From Planctomycetales bacterium (GTDB lineage Bacteria; 4484-113; JAFGCY01), in contig CP060262.1 in NCBI GenBank assembly GCA_022646745.1, positions 1,560,001 to 1,592,000 of the forward strand: DNA of 32,000 bases. Direction: 5' to 3'. Each line of letters starts with the position of its first letter. The stretch's first letter is position 1. Under the pieces are notes generated by a model. It searched no databases. It was not told the DNA's origin and worked only from the letters and a program-made list of their open reading frames with translations. A program made the translations under genes and the position numbers. This document shows, piece by piece, positions 18,020 to 25,508 of this stretch.

Positions 18020-18742
18020 GTGCTGCGCAGGCTGAGCGGTCTGGCATGGACCGGGCTTGTGCTGGTTCTGCTCGCCCTGGCCTGGCAGTGGTGGGCCTTC
18101 AACCTCTCCGGACGCCTGAGCCTCTCCCAGCAGATTTCCGCAGATGAGTTCCAGCGCGGCTTCTCCTTCGGCCCGGTCTACATCCAGGAAGGCGTGGTCG
18201 GCCGCTACTACATCAGCGCCACCCTGCCGGATACCCCGGAGGGCATGTGGATCAGCCGCTTCGAGGTGCGTGATGCATCCGGCCTGCCGGTATTCGGGCA
18301 GGACGAGGTCAGGCTTTACGGCGAGCACAGCTTCCGTCCGGGGATGCAAGACCGCATCCGCAAGCAGTTCAGCCTGGACCGCGAAACCGGCTACTACTAC
18401 TTCCATTTCAAGAGTGAGAACGGCGTATTCAACGCGAACCAAAGCGCGCCCCCGGTGGTCGAATTCAATGTCAGGCAGGGTGTGGTGCATGGCATGGCGC
18501 TATGGCTGCCCTTCGGCTGCCTGCTGCTGCTTGGTCTCGTCCTGAGCGGGGTCAGCCTCTGGCTGCGGATGCAGTTTGCGGGGCTTGAGGAAGACGGTTC
18601 CCCCTCCGGTGATGGGGAGCGCCAGCCAAAGGTGGTGGTCCCGCGCCAGCCGGCCGGTCCGCAGCCCGCCGGCAGCAGCGGTGTCAGTGCGCTCGGCCGC
18701 CGGCATGACCGGCTCAGTGAGGGCCGGGGCAAGCTGCGCTGA
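18020..18742 (+). CDS. Hypothetical membrane protein with N- and C-terminal TM helices (start uncertain: ATG 17906, GTG 17966 or GTG 18020)
   Basis: ORF 17906..18742. The GTG at 18020 would give MLRRLSGLAWTGLVLVLLALAWQWWAF, a signal or TM segment. A second TM is ALWLPFGCLLLLGLVLSGVSLWL. The ATG at 17906 lies upstream of the putative -10 element. Confidence 0.6.
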   Translation: MLRRLSGLAWTGLVLVLLALAWQWWAFNLSGRLSLSQQISADEFQRGFSFGPVYIQEGVVGRYYISATLPDTPEGMWISRFEVRDASGLPVFGQDEVRLYGEHSFRPGMQDRIRKQFSLDRETGYYYFHFKSENGVFNANQSAPPVVEFNVRQGVVHGMALWLPFGCLLLLGLVLSGVSLWLRMQFAGLEEDGSPSGDGERQPKVVVPRQPAGPQPAGSSGVSALGRRHDRLSEGRGKLR

Positions 18743-18777
18743 AAAGCCTGCTGTGATAACATTTAACCGGATCAGCC

Positions 18778-19194
18778 ATGGCGACAAACAACGACCCGCT
18801 GCCGATAGACTTCGGCAAGGGCGAAAAAAATCATGACTCGGCGGACGGACACAAGACCTGCGGACAGTGCGGCGGTCAGGCCGTGCGCGGGGACCTCTCC
18901 TCCGTTGCCAACTTCGGCGTGACCCGTGAACCACACTTCGTGACGAGCTACGGCTGGATGCAGGTCAAGTATGACCGCGCCACCCCGATCGACGTCTACA
19001 TGTGCCTGTCCTGCGGACACATCAGTTTCTACGGGCGCCAGCCGATGTCAGTGCTGGACCCGATCGAGCGCCAGCAGCTGCTGCGTGATGAGAACCCGGC
19101 CCTGGACAGGAAGCTCAAGCGCGAGGAAAAACGCCGCAGCGAGCTGGAGAAGAAGGGCCGCCCGCTGGACAGCGACGACCACACCGGAATCTGA
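18778..19194 (+). CDS. Zinc-ribbon protein with a basic and acidic coiled C-terminal tail
   Basis: 138-aa ORF with two CxxC pairs (CGQCGG ... CLSCGH). Confidence 0.65.
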   Translation: MATNNDPLPIDFGKGEKNHDSADGHKTCGQCGGQAVRGDLSSVANFGVTREPHFVTSYGWMQVKYDRATPIDVYMCLSCGHISFYGRQPMSVLDPIERQQLLRDENPALDRKLKREEKRRSELEKKGRPLDSDDHTGI

Positions 19195-19234
19195 TCCGCT
19201 GCCCCTCCATCGCCCCGGACGGGGCATATTCCTG

Positions 19235-19243
19235 TGGGATAAT
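19235..19243 (+). promoter_or_regulatory. Extended -10-like element TGGGATAAT upstream of the LptD-like gene
   Basis: TGnGATAAT resembles the TGGGTATAAT and TGGGATATAAT elements upstream of the tRNA genes in this window. Confidence 0.3.
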
Positions 19244-19254
19244 CTTCATCTGGT

Positions 19255-19273
19255 CCATACATTATGTGTATGG
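19255..19273. promoter_or_regulatory. Perfect 7-bp inverted repeat CCATACA-N5-TGTATGG just downstream of the putative -10 (operator-like)
   Basis: Read directly from the sequence. The arms are exact reverse complements. Confidence 0.3.
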
Positions 19274-19373
19274 TGACCAAACACGTTCCACCGGCATGCG
19301 TCTAGACGTATGAAGTGGACTCAAGGAAGGCGGAATCAATTTGAGCTCGGGCGGCTCGTCTACAGGCAGCAGG

Positions 19374-22300
19374 ATGCTGGCGGCGCTATGCGCATGCCTC
19401 TGCGCTTGGCTGCTCGTTGGACCGGCTGCCGCCCAGAACACCGCCGAAAAGGAACCACCTCCCGCCAGTTCCTCGGAGAAGGAAACCCCGCCCCCTGCCA
19501 ACAATGCGGAGAAGGAAACCCCACCGGCCAATGCAGCCGAGAAGGAAACTCCGCCCGCGAATGCGGCCGAGAAGGAGACCCCGCCTGCCAACGCCGCTGA
19601 GAAGGGTGATGGCACTAAGCCGCAGGAAGAACCGGCCCAGCCGGATGGCAAGGGGAATGCCAACGCAGCTGAAGCTGGCAAGACTGACAAGCCGGCCGGC
19701 GAAGACGAGCCGAAGAAGGAAGAATCCACACCGCCTGCCAATGTGGCCGAAGGTGACAAGCCGGAGGGCCAGAAACCGGCCCAGCCCGGTGAGGCGCCGC
19801 CGATGCAGACCGCCCCGGAGATCGACCCTCGCAATCCTGCCAACACCGCCGAGTCCGGCGGGCAGGAGCTGCCGGACGGAGTGGTCGAGCGCGGAGCATC
19901 CGATACCGTCATTGCGGTGGAGGGCGATCCGGGCGTGAATGCGGAAGGGATCGCCGAGCCGCCCGAAACGGAGATGATCCTCCCGAGCCCGGCGGAAGCA
20001 GCTGGCAACGTGGCGGAGGGTGAACCCGAGCCGCTCAACATCCAGGTGCCGATGCTTGACAATGTCGGCCCGCCGCCGGATGTGGACGAGTTCTACAGCC
20101 CGGAGCGCAGCTACCTTGGCCGCCGGCCACTGCCGTCGCTGGATGAGACCGAGACCGACGAGGAACGCCTGGCGCGCAATGTCGAGCAGAGCCTCGACCT
20201 GCTGGACCTGGCCGGCGAGACCCGGCCCGACGGCGGGATCAACATCCCGCTGCCATCCGGCCAGCTGACCTTCAAGGCCGCCGATGCCTTCCAGTACGAC
20301 CGCCGCAACCGGATCCTGACCTTCACCGGCAACGCCGAGCTGCTTTTCGGCACCATCGCTGTCTGGGCGGACTTCATCGAGGTCAATGACCAGGCGGCGA
20401 CTGCCTATGCCAAGGGTTACGTTGCCATCCAGCAGGGCGATGACATCGTCTACGCCGATGAGGCCTACCTCAATTACGACACCGAGACCTTCGAGCTGTT
20501 CTGGGTCGAGGGCAACACCACCGGCCCGCGCGTGCGTGGCAACATCTTCTTCATGGCGGACCGGGCGCTCGGCACCTTTGACCAGATGATCATGTACAAC
20601 GCGGACGTGACCACCTGCGACCCGTACTGCGGCCAGCTCAAGGAGTACCGCCTCAACGCGCGCAAGGTCAACTACCGCAAGGACAACAGCGTCGTGCTGC
20701 ACGATGTCTGGATCTATGTCCACAACAACAAGATCGCCTACGTGCCGATCCTCGCGATCCCGATCCCGCATGAGCAGAGCGAATGGAAGCCGGGCGAGAG
20801 CGAGGTGCAGCAGACCTACGGCTGGAGCCGCGCCGAGGGGGCCTTCGCCAAGTTCGCCTACACCTACTCCACGCGCTACGCGGAGGGTGTCAACGGCCCG
20901 CTGCTGGGTGTTGCCAAGGTGGACGTGATGCAGCGCCGCGGCGTCGGCGTCGGCCTGCGCCAGGACTTCTACAACCCGGAAGTCGGTGTGACCACGATCT
21001 CCTCCTACATCAAGGAGGAATGGCCGCAGATGGTGGCCGTCGACCTGTTTGGCCGCAAGGAGACCACCGCTGACAGTGGCAACGAGTTCAGCTTCCTGCT
21101 GGACCAGGAACTGAACTTCTCGCGCAAGTTCAACGGTTCGCTGAAGATCGACCGCCAGAAGAGCTTCATCCCCTCCGCCAGCGGAACTTCGATCGGCCGC
21201 CTGACCAACACCTGGCGCAACAACCTGACGATGAAGTACCAGGCCGGCGACACGACGGCCAACCTGTCATTCCGCCACAACATCGACATCCGCGGTGGCC
21301 AGACCAATGCCGACGGAACGCAGGAACCGCGCAGTGAGCCGGTGACCATCAACGGCACGCTCAGCCTGCGCCAGAACCTCAGTGATGAATTCACCTTCAA
21401 TGGCGACACGCAGTACAACTCGACGAAGAGCCAGAACCAGACCCGTATCGCCGCCGACCAGGAAGCCAACTACAAGCTTGACCTGACCTTCCAGGGCAGG
21501 CAGGAGACCGCGCTGGACGGCTACACCGGCAAGCTGACCTACGCCGAGCAGGGCATTGACCTGGACGGCGATGACAACACCACGGACCGCAACGTGCAGG
21601 TCAACCGCCAGATCCCGTCCATCGAGATCACCGCCCCGCGCGACCTGATCAACGACGGGGCCTACTTCACCACCTTCAAGCTGAACCTGGACAAGTTGGT
21701 TACGGGCCGCCGCCGCGATGCACAGGCCGCCCAGCGCATGAAGGTCGAATTCGGCGGGCGCGACCGGCTGGAATTCAGCAATGCCTCCTCGCTGGACACC
21801 TCCGCCAACTTCAAGCAGTACTGGTATGACGACACCAACTCGCAGTACGTGATCAACACCAGTGCGCAGTACAAGTACGACCCGAAGAGCTGGTACGTGT
21901 TCGACGCCCAGTGGCGCCTGAACTACCAGCAGGGCGTGCAGGAGCCGCCGGTGCGCGGTGACCGTGCCACGAAGCTGCACACCGTCACCTACAACTGGAC
22001 CTTTGGCAACATGCGCTCCTGGCGCTGGCAGCTGCGCAGTGGCTACAACCTGGAGGACGGGCGCCCCAACCCGATCAGCTCGACCTTCTACTTCGACCCG
22101 AACCGCACCTTCGGCCTGACCCATACCCTGCAGCTGCGCAACAACATCCGGCCCAACACGGACGCAGGCAATGACACCACGCACTCCAGCTGGACCTTCA
22201 ACCAGAGCCACCTCGTCGGCACCTGGCGCTCGCCCTACATCGCGGACGACGGCTATTACAACTGGCTCTTGAACTTCACGATTGACAACGACCCGGAGGA

Positions 22301-22682
22301 CGAGTGGCAGCTCACCAAGCTGTCAACCAGCTGGTTCAAGCGCTGGGGTTATGGCTGGTCCACGGAGCTGGTCGGCGACTACCGCAAGACCGCCAACGGG
22401 CCGAACCCGGACTTCGCGATGCCCTTCTTCAAGGATTACCTGAAGAAGGTCACCGTGCGCAAGGTGAACTGCTGCACCACGATGGAGCTGGGCTGGCGCA
22501 CGGAGCTCAAGGAAGTCTACCTGAACATGTACATCAACGCCCTGCAGCAGTACCCGGCGCACGCCGACTACCGCACGCAGAACAGCCACATCGTCGGCGA
22601 CACCTACTTCCCCTGGGAGCAGGTCCGCCAGGATGTGCTGACGGACGTGTTCGGCATCAACCAGCAGATCCCGTTCTTTTAG
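19374..22682 (+). CDS. lptD: LptD/OstA-family outer-membrane protein with a long Pro/Glu/Ala-rich N-terminal extension
   Basis: ORF 19341 (TTG)..22682. Likely start is ATG 19374 (MLAALCACLCAWLLVGPAAAQ signal peptide). OstA-like segment: LTFKAADAFQYDRRNRILTFTGNAELLFGTIAVWADFIEVNDQAATAYAKGYVAIQQGDDIVYADEAYL. A long beta-rich Tyr/Asn/Thr/Arg region ends in the aromatic terminus ...QQIPFF, typical of OM beta-barrels. Confidence 0.65.
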   Translation: MLAALCACLCAWLLVGPAAAQNTAEKEPPPASSSEKETPPPANNAEKETPPANAAEKETPPANAAEKETPPANAAEKGDGTKPQEEPAQPDGKGNANAAEAGKTDKPAGEDEPKKEESTPPANVAEGDKPEGQKPAQPGEAPPMQTAPEIDPRNPANTAESGGQELPDGVVERGASDTVIAVEGDPGVNAEGIAEPPETEMILPSPAEAAGNVAEGEPEPLNIQVPMLDNVGPPPDVDEFYSPERSYLGRRPLPSLDETETDEERLARNVEQSLDLLDLAGETRPDGGINIPLPSGQLTFKAADAFQYDRRNRILTFTGNAELLFGTIAVWADFIEVNDQAATAYAKGYVAIQQGDDIVYADEAYLNYDTETFELFWVEGNTTGPRVRGNIFFMADRALGTFDQMIMYNADVTTCDPYCGQLKEYRLNARKVNYRKDNSVVLHDVWIYVHNNKIAYVPILAIPIPHEQSEWKPGESEVQQTYGWSRAEGAFAKFAYTYSTRYAEGVNGPLLGVAKVDVMQRRGVGVGLRQDFYNPEVGVTTISSYIKEEWPQMVAVDLFGRKETTADSGNEFSFLLDQELNFSRKFNGSLKIDRQKSFIPSASGTSIGRLTNTWRNNLTMKYQAGDTTANLSFRHNIDIRGGQTNADGTQEPRSEPVTINGTLSLRQNLSDEFTFNGDTQYNSTKSQNQTRIAADQEANYKLDLTFQGRQETALDGYTGKLTYAEQGIDLDGDDNTTDRNVQVNRQIPSIEITAPRDLINDGAYFTTFKLNLDKLVTGRRRDAQAAQRMKVEFGGRDRLEFSNASSLDTSANFKQYWYDDTNSQYVINTSAQYKYDPKSWYVFDAQWRLNYQQGVQEPPVRGDRATKLHTVTYNWTFGNMRSWRWQLRSGYNLEDGRPNPISSTFYFDPNRTFGLTHTLQLRNNIRPNTDAGNDTTHSSWTFNQSHLVGTWRSPYIADDGYYNWLLNFTIDNDPEDEWQLTKLSTSWFKRWGYGWSTELVGDYRKTANGPNPDFAMPFFKDYLKKVTVRKVNCCTTMELGWRTELKEVYLNMYINALQQYPAHADYRTQNSHIVGDTYFPWEQVRQDVLTDVFGINQQIPFF
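19443..19604 (+). repeat. In-frame tandem 30-nt coding repeat (A-E-K-E-T-P-P-A-N-A, about 5 units; 3 units are peptide-perfect at 19506..19595)
   Basis: Units are gcg gag aag gaa acc cca ccg gcc aat gca / gcc gag aag gaa act ccg ccc gcg aat gcg / gcc gag aag gag acc ccg cct gcc aac gcc. The peptide is identical and the differences are all synonymous. Confidence 0.9.
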
Positions 22683-23055
22683 ATCTGCCGACTCACGCAA
22701 GCGCTCGTCGGTCTGGGCCTGCGCTGAAGGCAAGCTTCAGCGGGTCGGCCTGAAGTTGCCGGGCTGAGCCATAGGCGAAGTCACGCCAAAGGCGTGATCG
22801 CGCTGAAGTAATGTAGTTGCCGTCTCAAGCAAGCGCTCGACGATTTGCGATGCAGCTCGAAGCAAGCTCTTCGCTGATTGCACAATCGCGGCTGCCCCCA
22901 TTGGCAACATTTTGCAGTGCCGCCTGACATCCCGGGTGGGGATTGTGCCGCAGGCACGATCCGCAGGGCGGGCATGTCAAACAGGCAGGCGGCTTATGCT
23001 GTCAATACTATTCAGACTACAAAGACTATTCAATCTACCCAAACTTCATCACACG

Positions 23056-23086
23056 AAAAAAAGGCGAGGACATTGCCTCGCCTTTT
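23056..23086. terminator. Bidirectional rho-independent terminator between the convergent lptD-like and sucD genes
   Basis: Stem AAGGCGAGG (23061..23069) pairs with CCTCGCCTT (23076..23084) around a 6-nt loop. An A7 run precedes it (T7 on the minus strand, downstream of sucD) and TTTT follows on the plus strand. A second GC hairpin GGCGGC-AGGAT-GCCGCC lies at 23104..23120. Confidence 0.7.
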
Positions 23087-23142
23087 CATTGTCAATCTGT
23101 TTCGGCGGCAGGATGCCGCCACTCCTGTTCCCAGTTCCCTGA

Positions 23143-24018
23143 CTACAGTACGCTCTTCACCAGGTCCGGGATCTGCATCGTGATGTCGGCCAGCTTGATG
23201 CCAGCCTCCTTGAAAGCCGCCACCTTGCTGTCAGCCGTGCCCTTGTTGCCACTGACGATCGCGCCGGCGTGGCCCATGCGCTTGCCCTGCGGCGCGGTGC
23301 GCCCGCTGATGAAGCCCACCACCGGCTTGCTCATCTCCTTCACGAACTCGGCTGCGTCCTCCTCGTCGGAGCCGCCGATCTCGCCGACCACCACCACGCA
23401 TTCCGTCTTCGGGTCCGCCTCGAACTCGACCAGCAGGTCGAGGAAGGTGGTGCCGATCATCGGGTCGCCGCCGATGCCGATGCAGGTGCTCTGGCCGATG
23501 CCGGCCTCGGAAAGCGCGTTGACAACCTCATAGGTCAGCGTGCCCGAGCGGCTGATCAGCCCGACCGGGCCGGGGGTGAAGATCTTCGCCGGCATGATGC
23601 CGACCTTGCACTCACCGACGGTCACGATGCCGGGGCAGTTGGGCCCGATCAACACGCTGCCGAAGCGCGAGGCGAACTGGTACTGCTTGATGCTGTCCAG
23701 CACGGGGATGCCCTCGGTGATCGCCACGATCACATCCATCCCGGCGCTGGCCGCCTCACAGACGGCGTCGGCGGCGAAGGCCGGCGGCACGAACACGCAG
23801 CTGGCGTTGGCACCGGTCTCCTCGGCGGCCTCGATCATCGTGTTGAAGATCGGGATGCTGTGGCCATCATGCTCGAACACCTGTCCGCCCTTGCCCGGCG
23901 TCACACCGGCCACCACATTGGTGCCGTACTCCAGCATGCGCTGGGTGTGGAAGCTGCCGTCGTTGCCGGTGATGCCCTGCACGACGAGACGGGTGTCATT
24001 GCCGACGATGATTCCCAT
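23143..24018 (-). CDS. sucD: Succinyl-CoA synthetase (succinate--CoA ligase) alpha subunit
   Basis: ORF 23143..24066. Likely start is ATG 24018..24016 ([45 protein letters not shown]...), preceded by AAAGGA. Typical SucD motifs are present ([22 protein letters not shown] with the phosphohistidine). Confidence 0.9.
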   Translation of the reverse strand: MGIIVGNDTRLVVQGITGNDGSFHTQRMLEYGTNVVAGVTPGKGGQVFEHDGHSIPIFNTMIEAAEETGANASCVFVPPAFAADAVCEAASAGMDVIVAITEGIPVLDSIKQYQFASRFGSVLIGPNCPGIVTVGECKVGIMPAKIFTPGPVGLISRSGTLTYEVVNALSEAGIGQSTCIGIGGDPMIGTTFLDLLVEFEADPKTECVVVVGEIGGSDEEDAAEFVKEMSKPVVGFISGRTAPQGKRMGHAGAIVSGNKGTADSKVAAFKEAGIKLADITMQIPDLVKSVL

Positions 24019-24146
24019 GGTGGAAGTCCTTTCTATATATGTATCTGTCCGGCGCCTGGCTGCCACCGGCGCGCAGATTCTAGCACCAGCCGCCGGGGCC
24101 TGCGCGCAATCTGGGACTGATCCGGGTTAACGCCCGGTGAACCGCC

Positions 24147-25043
24147 TCAGCTCAGCGAGGAGAAGATCGGCGCGAAGGTGCTCTTCACGAAGGAGCGGAA
24201 GTCATGCTGCCAGGTTTGCAGGGGGTCGCGCCGCGAAGCGTAGTCCGGCGTGCCCTGCTCAATCCATTCATAGGTGCGCACCAGCAGCCCGGCCATACTG
24301 TCGCCCATCCCGATCTGGGTCAGGTGCTCCAGGCAATGCGCTCCGTCCTGCTGCTCGTAGCTCAGTTCCATTCCGAGCTCATCTGCGAGGATCCCCACCG
24401 CCTCATCAAGACTCATGTCGCAGGGGCCGTGGATCTCCAGCGTGAGCTGGCCATGCCAGTCCGTGTCCAGCAGGCTGGCGGCGGCGATGCTCGCCACGTC
24501 TGAGGTTGAGACCATCGGGAAGCTGCGCGAGCCGCTCACCGGCCGGCAGATGCGCTTCTGCTCACCGATGCTCATCAGGCAGGTGAGGAAGTTCTCCATG
24601 AAGTATGCGCTGCGCAGGTGCAGCACATCCGCGGCCAGGCCGTTGAGCCGCTCCTCCACCAGGTGGTGGCCGTAGACCAGCCCGGTCTCGCTGCCCAGTT
24701 CCGCACCGAGCGAGGAGAGGTAAACGATGCGGCGGATCCCGCTGCCCTGCAGCGCTTCGGCGGCGGCATCACCGGCGCGGCGATACCAGTCCAGCACGTC
24801 GGGGCTCTGGAAGTCCGGCGGGATCGCCCAGAACAGGGTGTCAGCCCCTTCCACGAGGCGGCGGATGTCGGCCGGGTCGTGGATGCAGCCTGCGATCTTG
24901 CGCAAGTTCGGGCTGCAGGCCAGCTTGAGCGGGTTCTTCGACATCGCCCGCACATTCACGCCCGCATCCAGCAGCTGGCCCAGCAGCAGCTGGCCGATGT
25001 TGCCCAGCGGCGCGGTGATCGCGATTGTACGTTGTGAGTCCAT
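24147..25043 (-). CDS. NmrA-like / atypical SDR NAD(P)-binding protein
   Basis: ORF 24147..25160. Likely start is ATG 25043 (MDSQRTIAITAPLGNIGQLLLGQLLDAGVNVRAMSKNP), giving a Rossmann-type N-terminus with a degenerate G-x-x-G-x-x-G. Confidence 0.55.
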   Translation of the reverse strand: MDSQRTIAITAPLGNIGQLLLGQLLDAGVNVRAMSKNPLKLACSPNLRKIAGCIHDPADIRRLVEGADTLFWAIPPDFQSPDVLDWYRRAGDAAAEALQGSGIRRIVYLSSLGAELGSETGLVYGHHLVEERLNGLAADVLHLRSAYFMENFLTCLMSIGEQKRICRPVSGSRSFPMVSTSDVASIAAASLLDTDWHGQLTLEIHGPCDMSLDEAVGILADELGMELSYEQQDGAHCLEHLTQIGMGDSMAGLLVRTYEWIEQGTPDYASRRDPLQTWQHDFRSFVKSTFAPIFSSLS

Positions 25044-25270
25044 CTCAGCGGCCCTTTGCAGGCTAATGATGGTACCCCTTGAAAATTGGATTATTGCGCA
25101 ATTTATCTCAGGGCTTGAGACGGATTTGATAAAGGGCGCAGGGGCCGGCATGGCCCGCACCAGATCAGTTTTCGGAAATCCTGGAGTATTCGATGCTGGC
25201 CGCAGGCCGGCCCGGGCAAGGGGTATTTTGGTCTTTCTGGAATGGGATGTGGCTGACTGGGCGGCCTTCT

Positions 25271-25310
25271 GGGATATAATTTTTGCCCCTGACGGTGTGT
25301 TGGGTATAAT
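25271..25310 (+). promoter_or_regulatory. Two tandem -10-like elements (GGGATATAAT 25271..25280; TGGGTATAAT 25301..25310) upstream of the tRNA genes
   Basis: The perfect TATAAT at 25305..25310 ends 11 nt before tRNA-Lys. A second perfect TATAAT lies at 25275..25280. TTGCCC at 25283..25288 is a weak -35. Confidence 0.45.
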
Positions 25311-25321
25311 CTACGCCCCAA

Positions 25322-25394
25322 GCGCCGTTAGCTCAGTTGGTAGAGCATCTGACTTTTAATCAGGTGGTCACAGGTTCGAGCCCTGTACGGCGTA
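25322..25394 (+). tRNA. tRNA-Lys (anticodon UUU)
   Basis: Hand-folded cloverleaf: acceptor GCGCCGT/ACGGCGT, D-arm GCTC-AGTTGGTA-GAGC, anticodon arm TCTGA-CTTTTAA-TCAGG, T-arm ACAGG-TTCGAGC-CCTGT. CCA is not encoded. Confidence 0.92.
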
Positions 25395-25401
25395 GATTTT
25401 T

Positions 25402-25474
25402 GGCCCTATCGTCTAGTGGTCTAGGACGCCGCCCTTTCACGGCGGAAACACGGGTTCGAGTCCCGTTGGGGCTG
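25402..25474 (+). tRNA. tRNA-Glu (anticodon UUC)
   Basis: GGCCCTATCGTCTAGTGGTCTAGGACGCCGCCCTTTCACGGCGGAAACACGGGTTCGAGTCCCGTTGGGGCTG. Anticodon arm CCGCC-CTTTCAC-GGCGG, T-arm ACGGG-TTCGAGT-CCCGT. Very similar in layout to E. coli tRNA-Glu. Confidence 0.9.
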
Positions 25475-25486
25475 ATTGAAACTAAC

Positions 25487-25508
25487 TAGTAATCAGTTTC
25501 GATTACTA
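25487..25508. terminator. AT-rich hairpin TAGTAATC-AGTTTC-GATTACTA followed by ATTTTC, between tRNA-Glu and the convergent methyltransferase remnant
   Basis: Perfect 8-bp stem read from the sequence. It overlaps the stop of the 25506 ORF. The stem is weak, so terminator function is uncertain. Confidence 0.3.

Noticed and set aside
19443-19604. Regular 30-nt repeats that could look like a small CRISPR array or VNTR
   Set aside because: The units are contiguous with no spacers. They are in frame inside the LptD-like ORF, encode an identical decapeptide and differ only at synonymous sites, so this is a coding tandem repeat.
22781-23183. Small ORFs in the lptD-sucD intergenic region (64, 76, 101 and 196 aa)
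   Set aside because: They overlap each other in different frames, run through hairpins and the terminator, and have no ribosome-binding sites or motifs. The region is treated as non-coding.
24019-24066. N-terminal 16-aa extension of SucD ([16 protein letters not shown]) and 39-aa extension of the NmrA-like protein (25044..25160) in the ORF track
   Set aside because: The conserved family N-termini begin at the internal ATGs ([15 protein letters not shown]; MDSQRTIAIT). The extensions are unconserved-looking and would remove the ribosome-binding sites.
25309-25397. 9-nt inverted repeat ATCTACGCC ... GGCGTAGAT flanking tRNA-Lys
   Set aside because: The downstream arm overlaps the acceptor stem 3' strand, and the upstream arm resembles the acceptor 5' strand. 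This is most simply a by-product of acceptor-stem complementarity or a pre-tRNA processing stem, not a mobile-element terminus.
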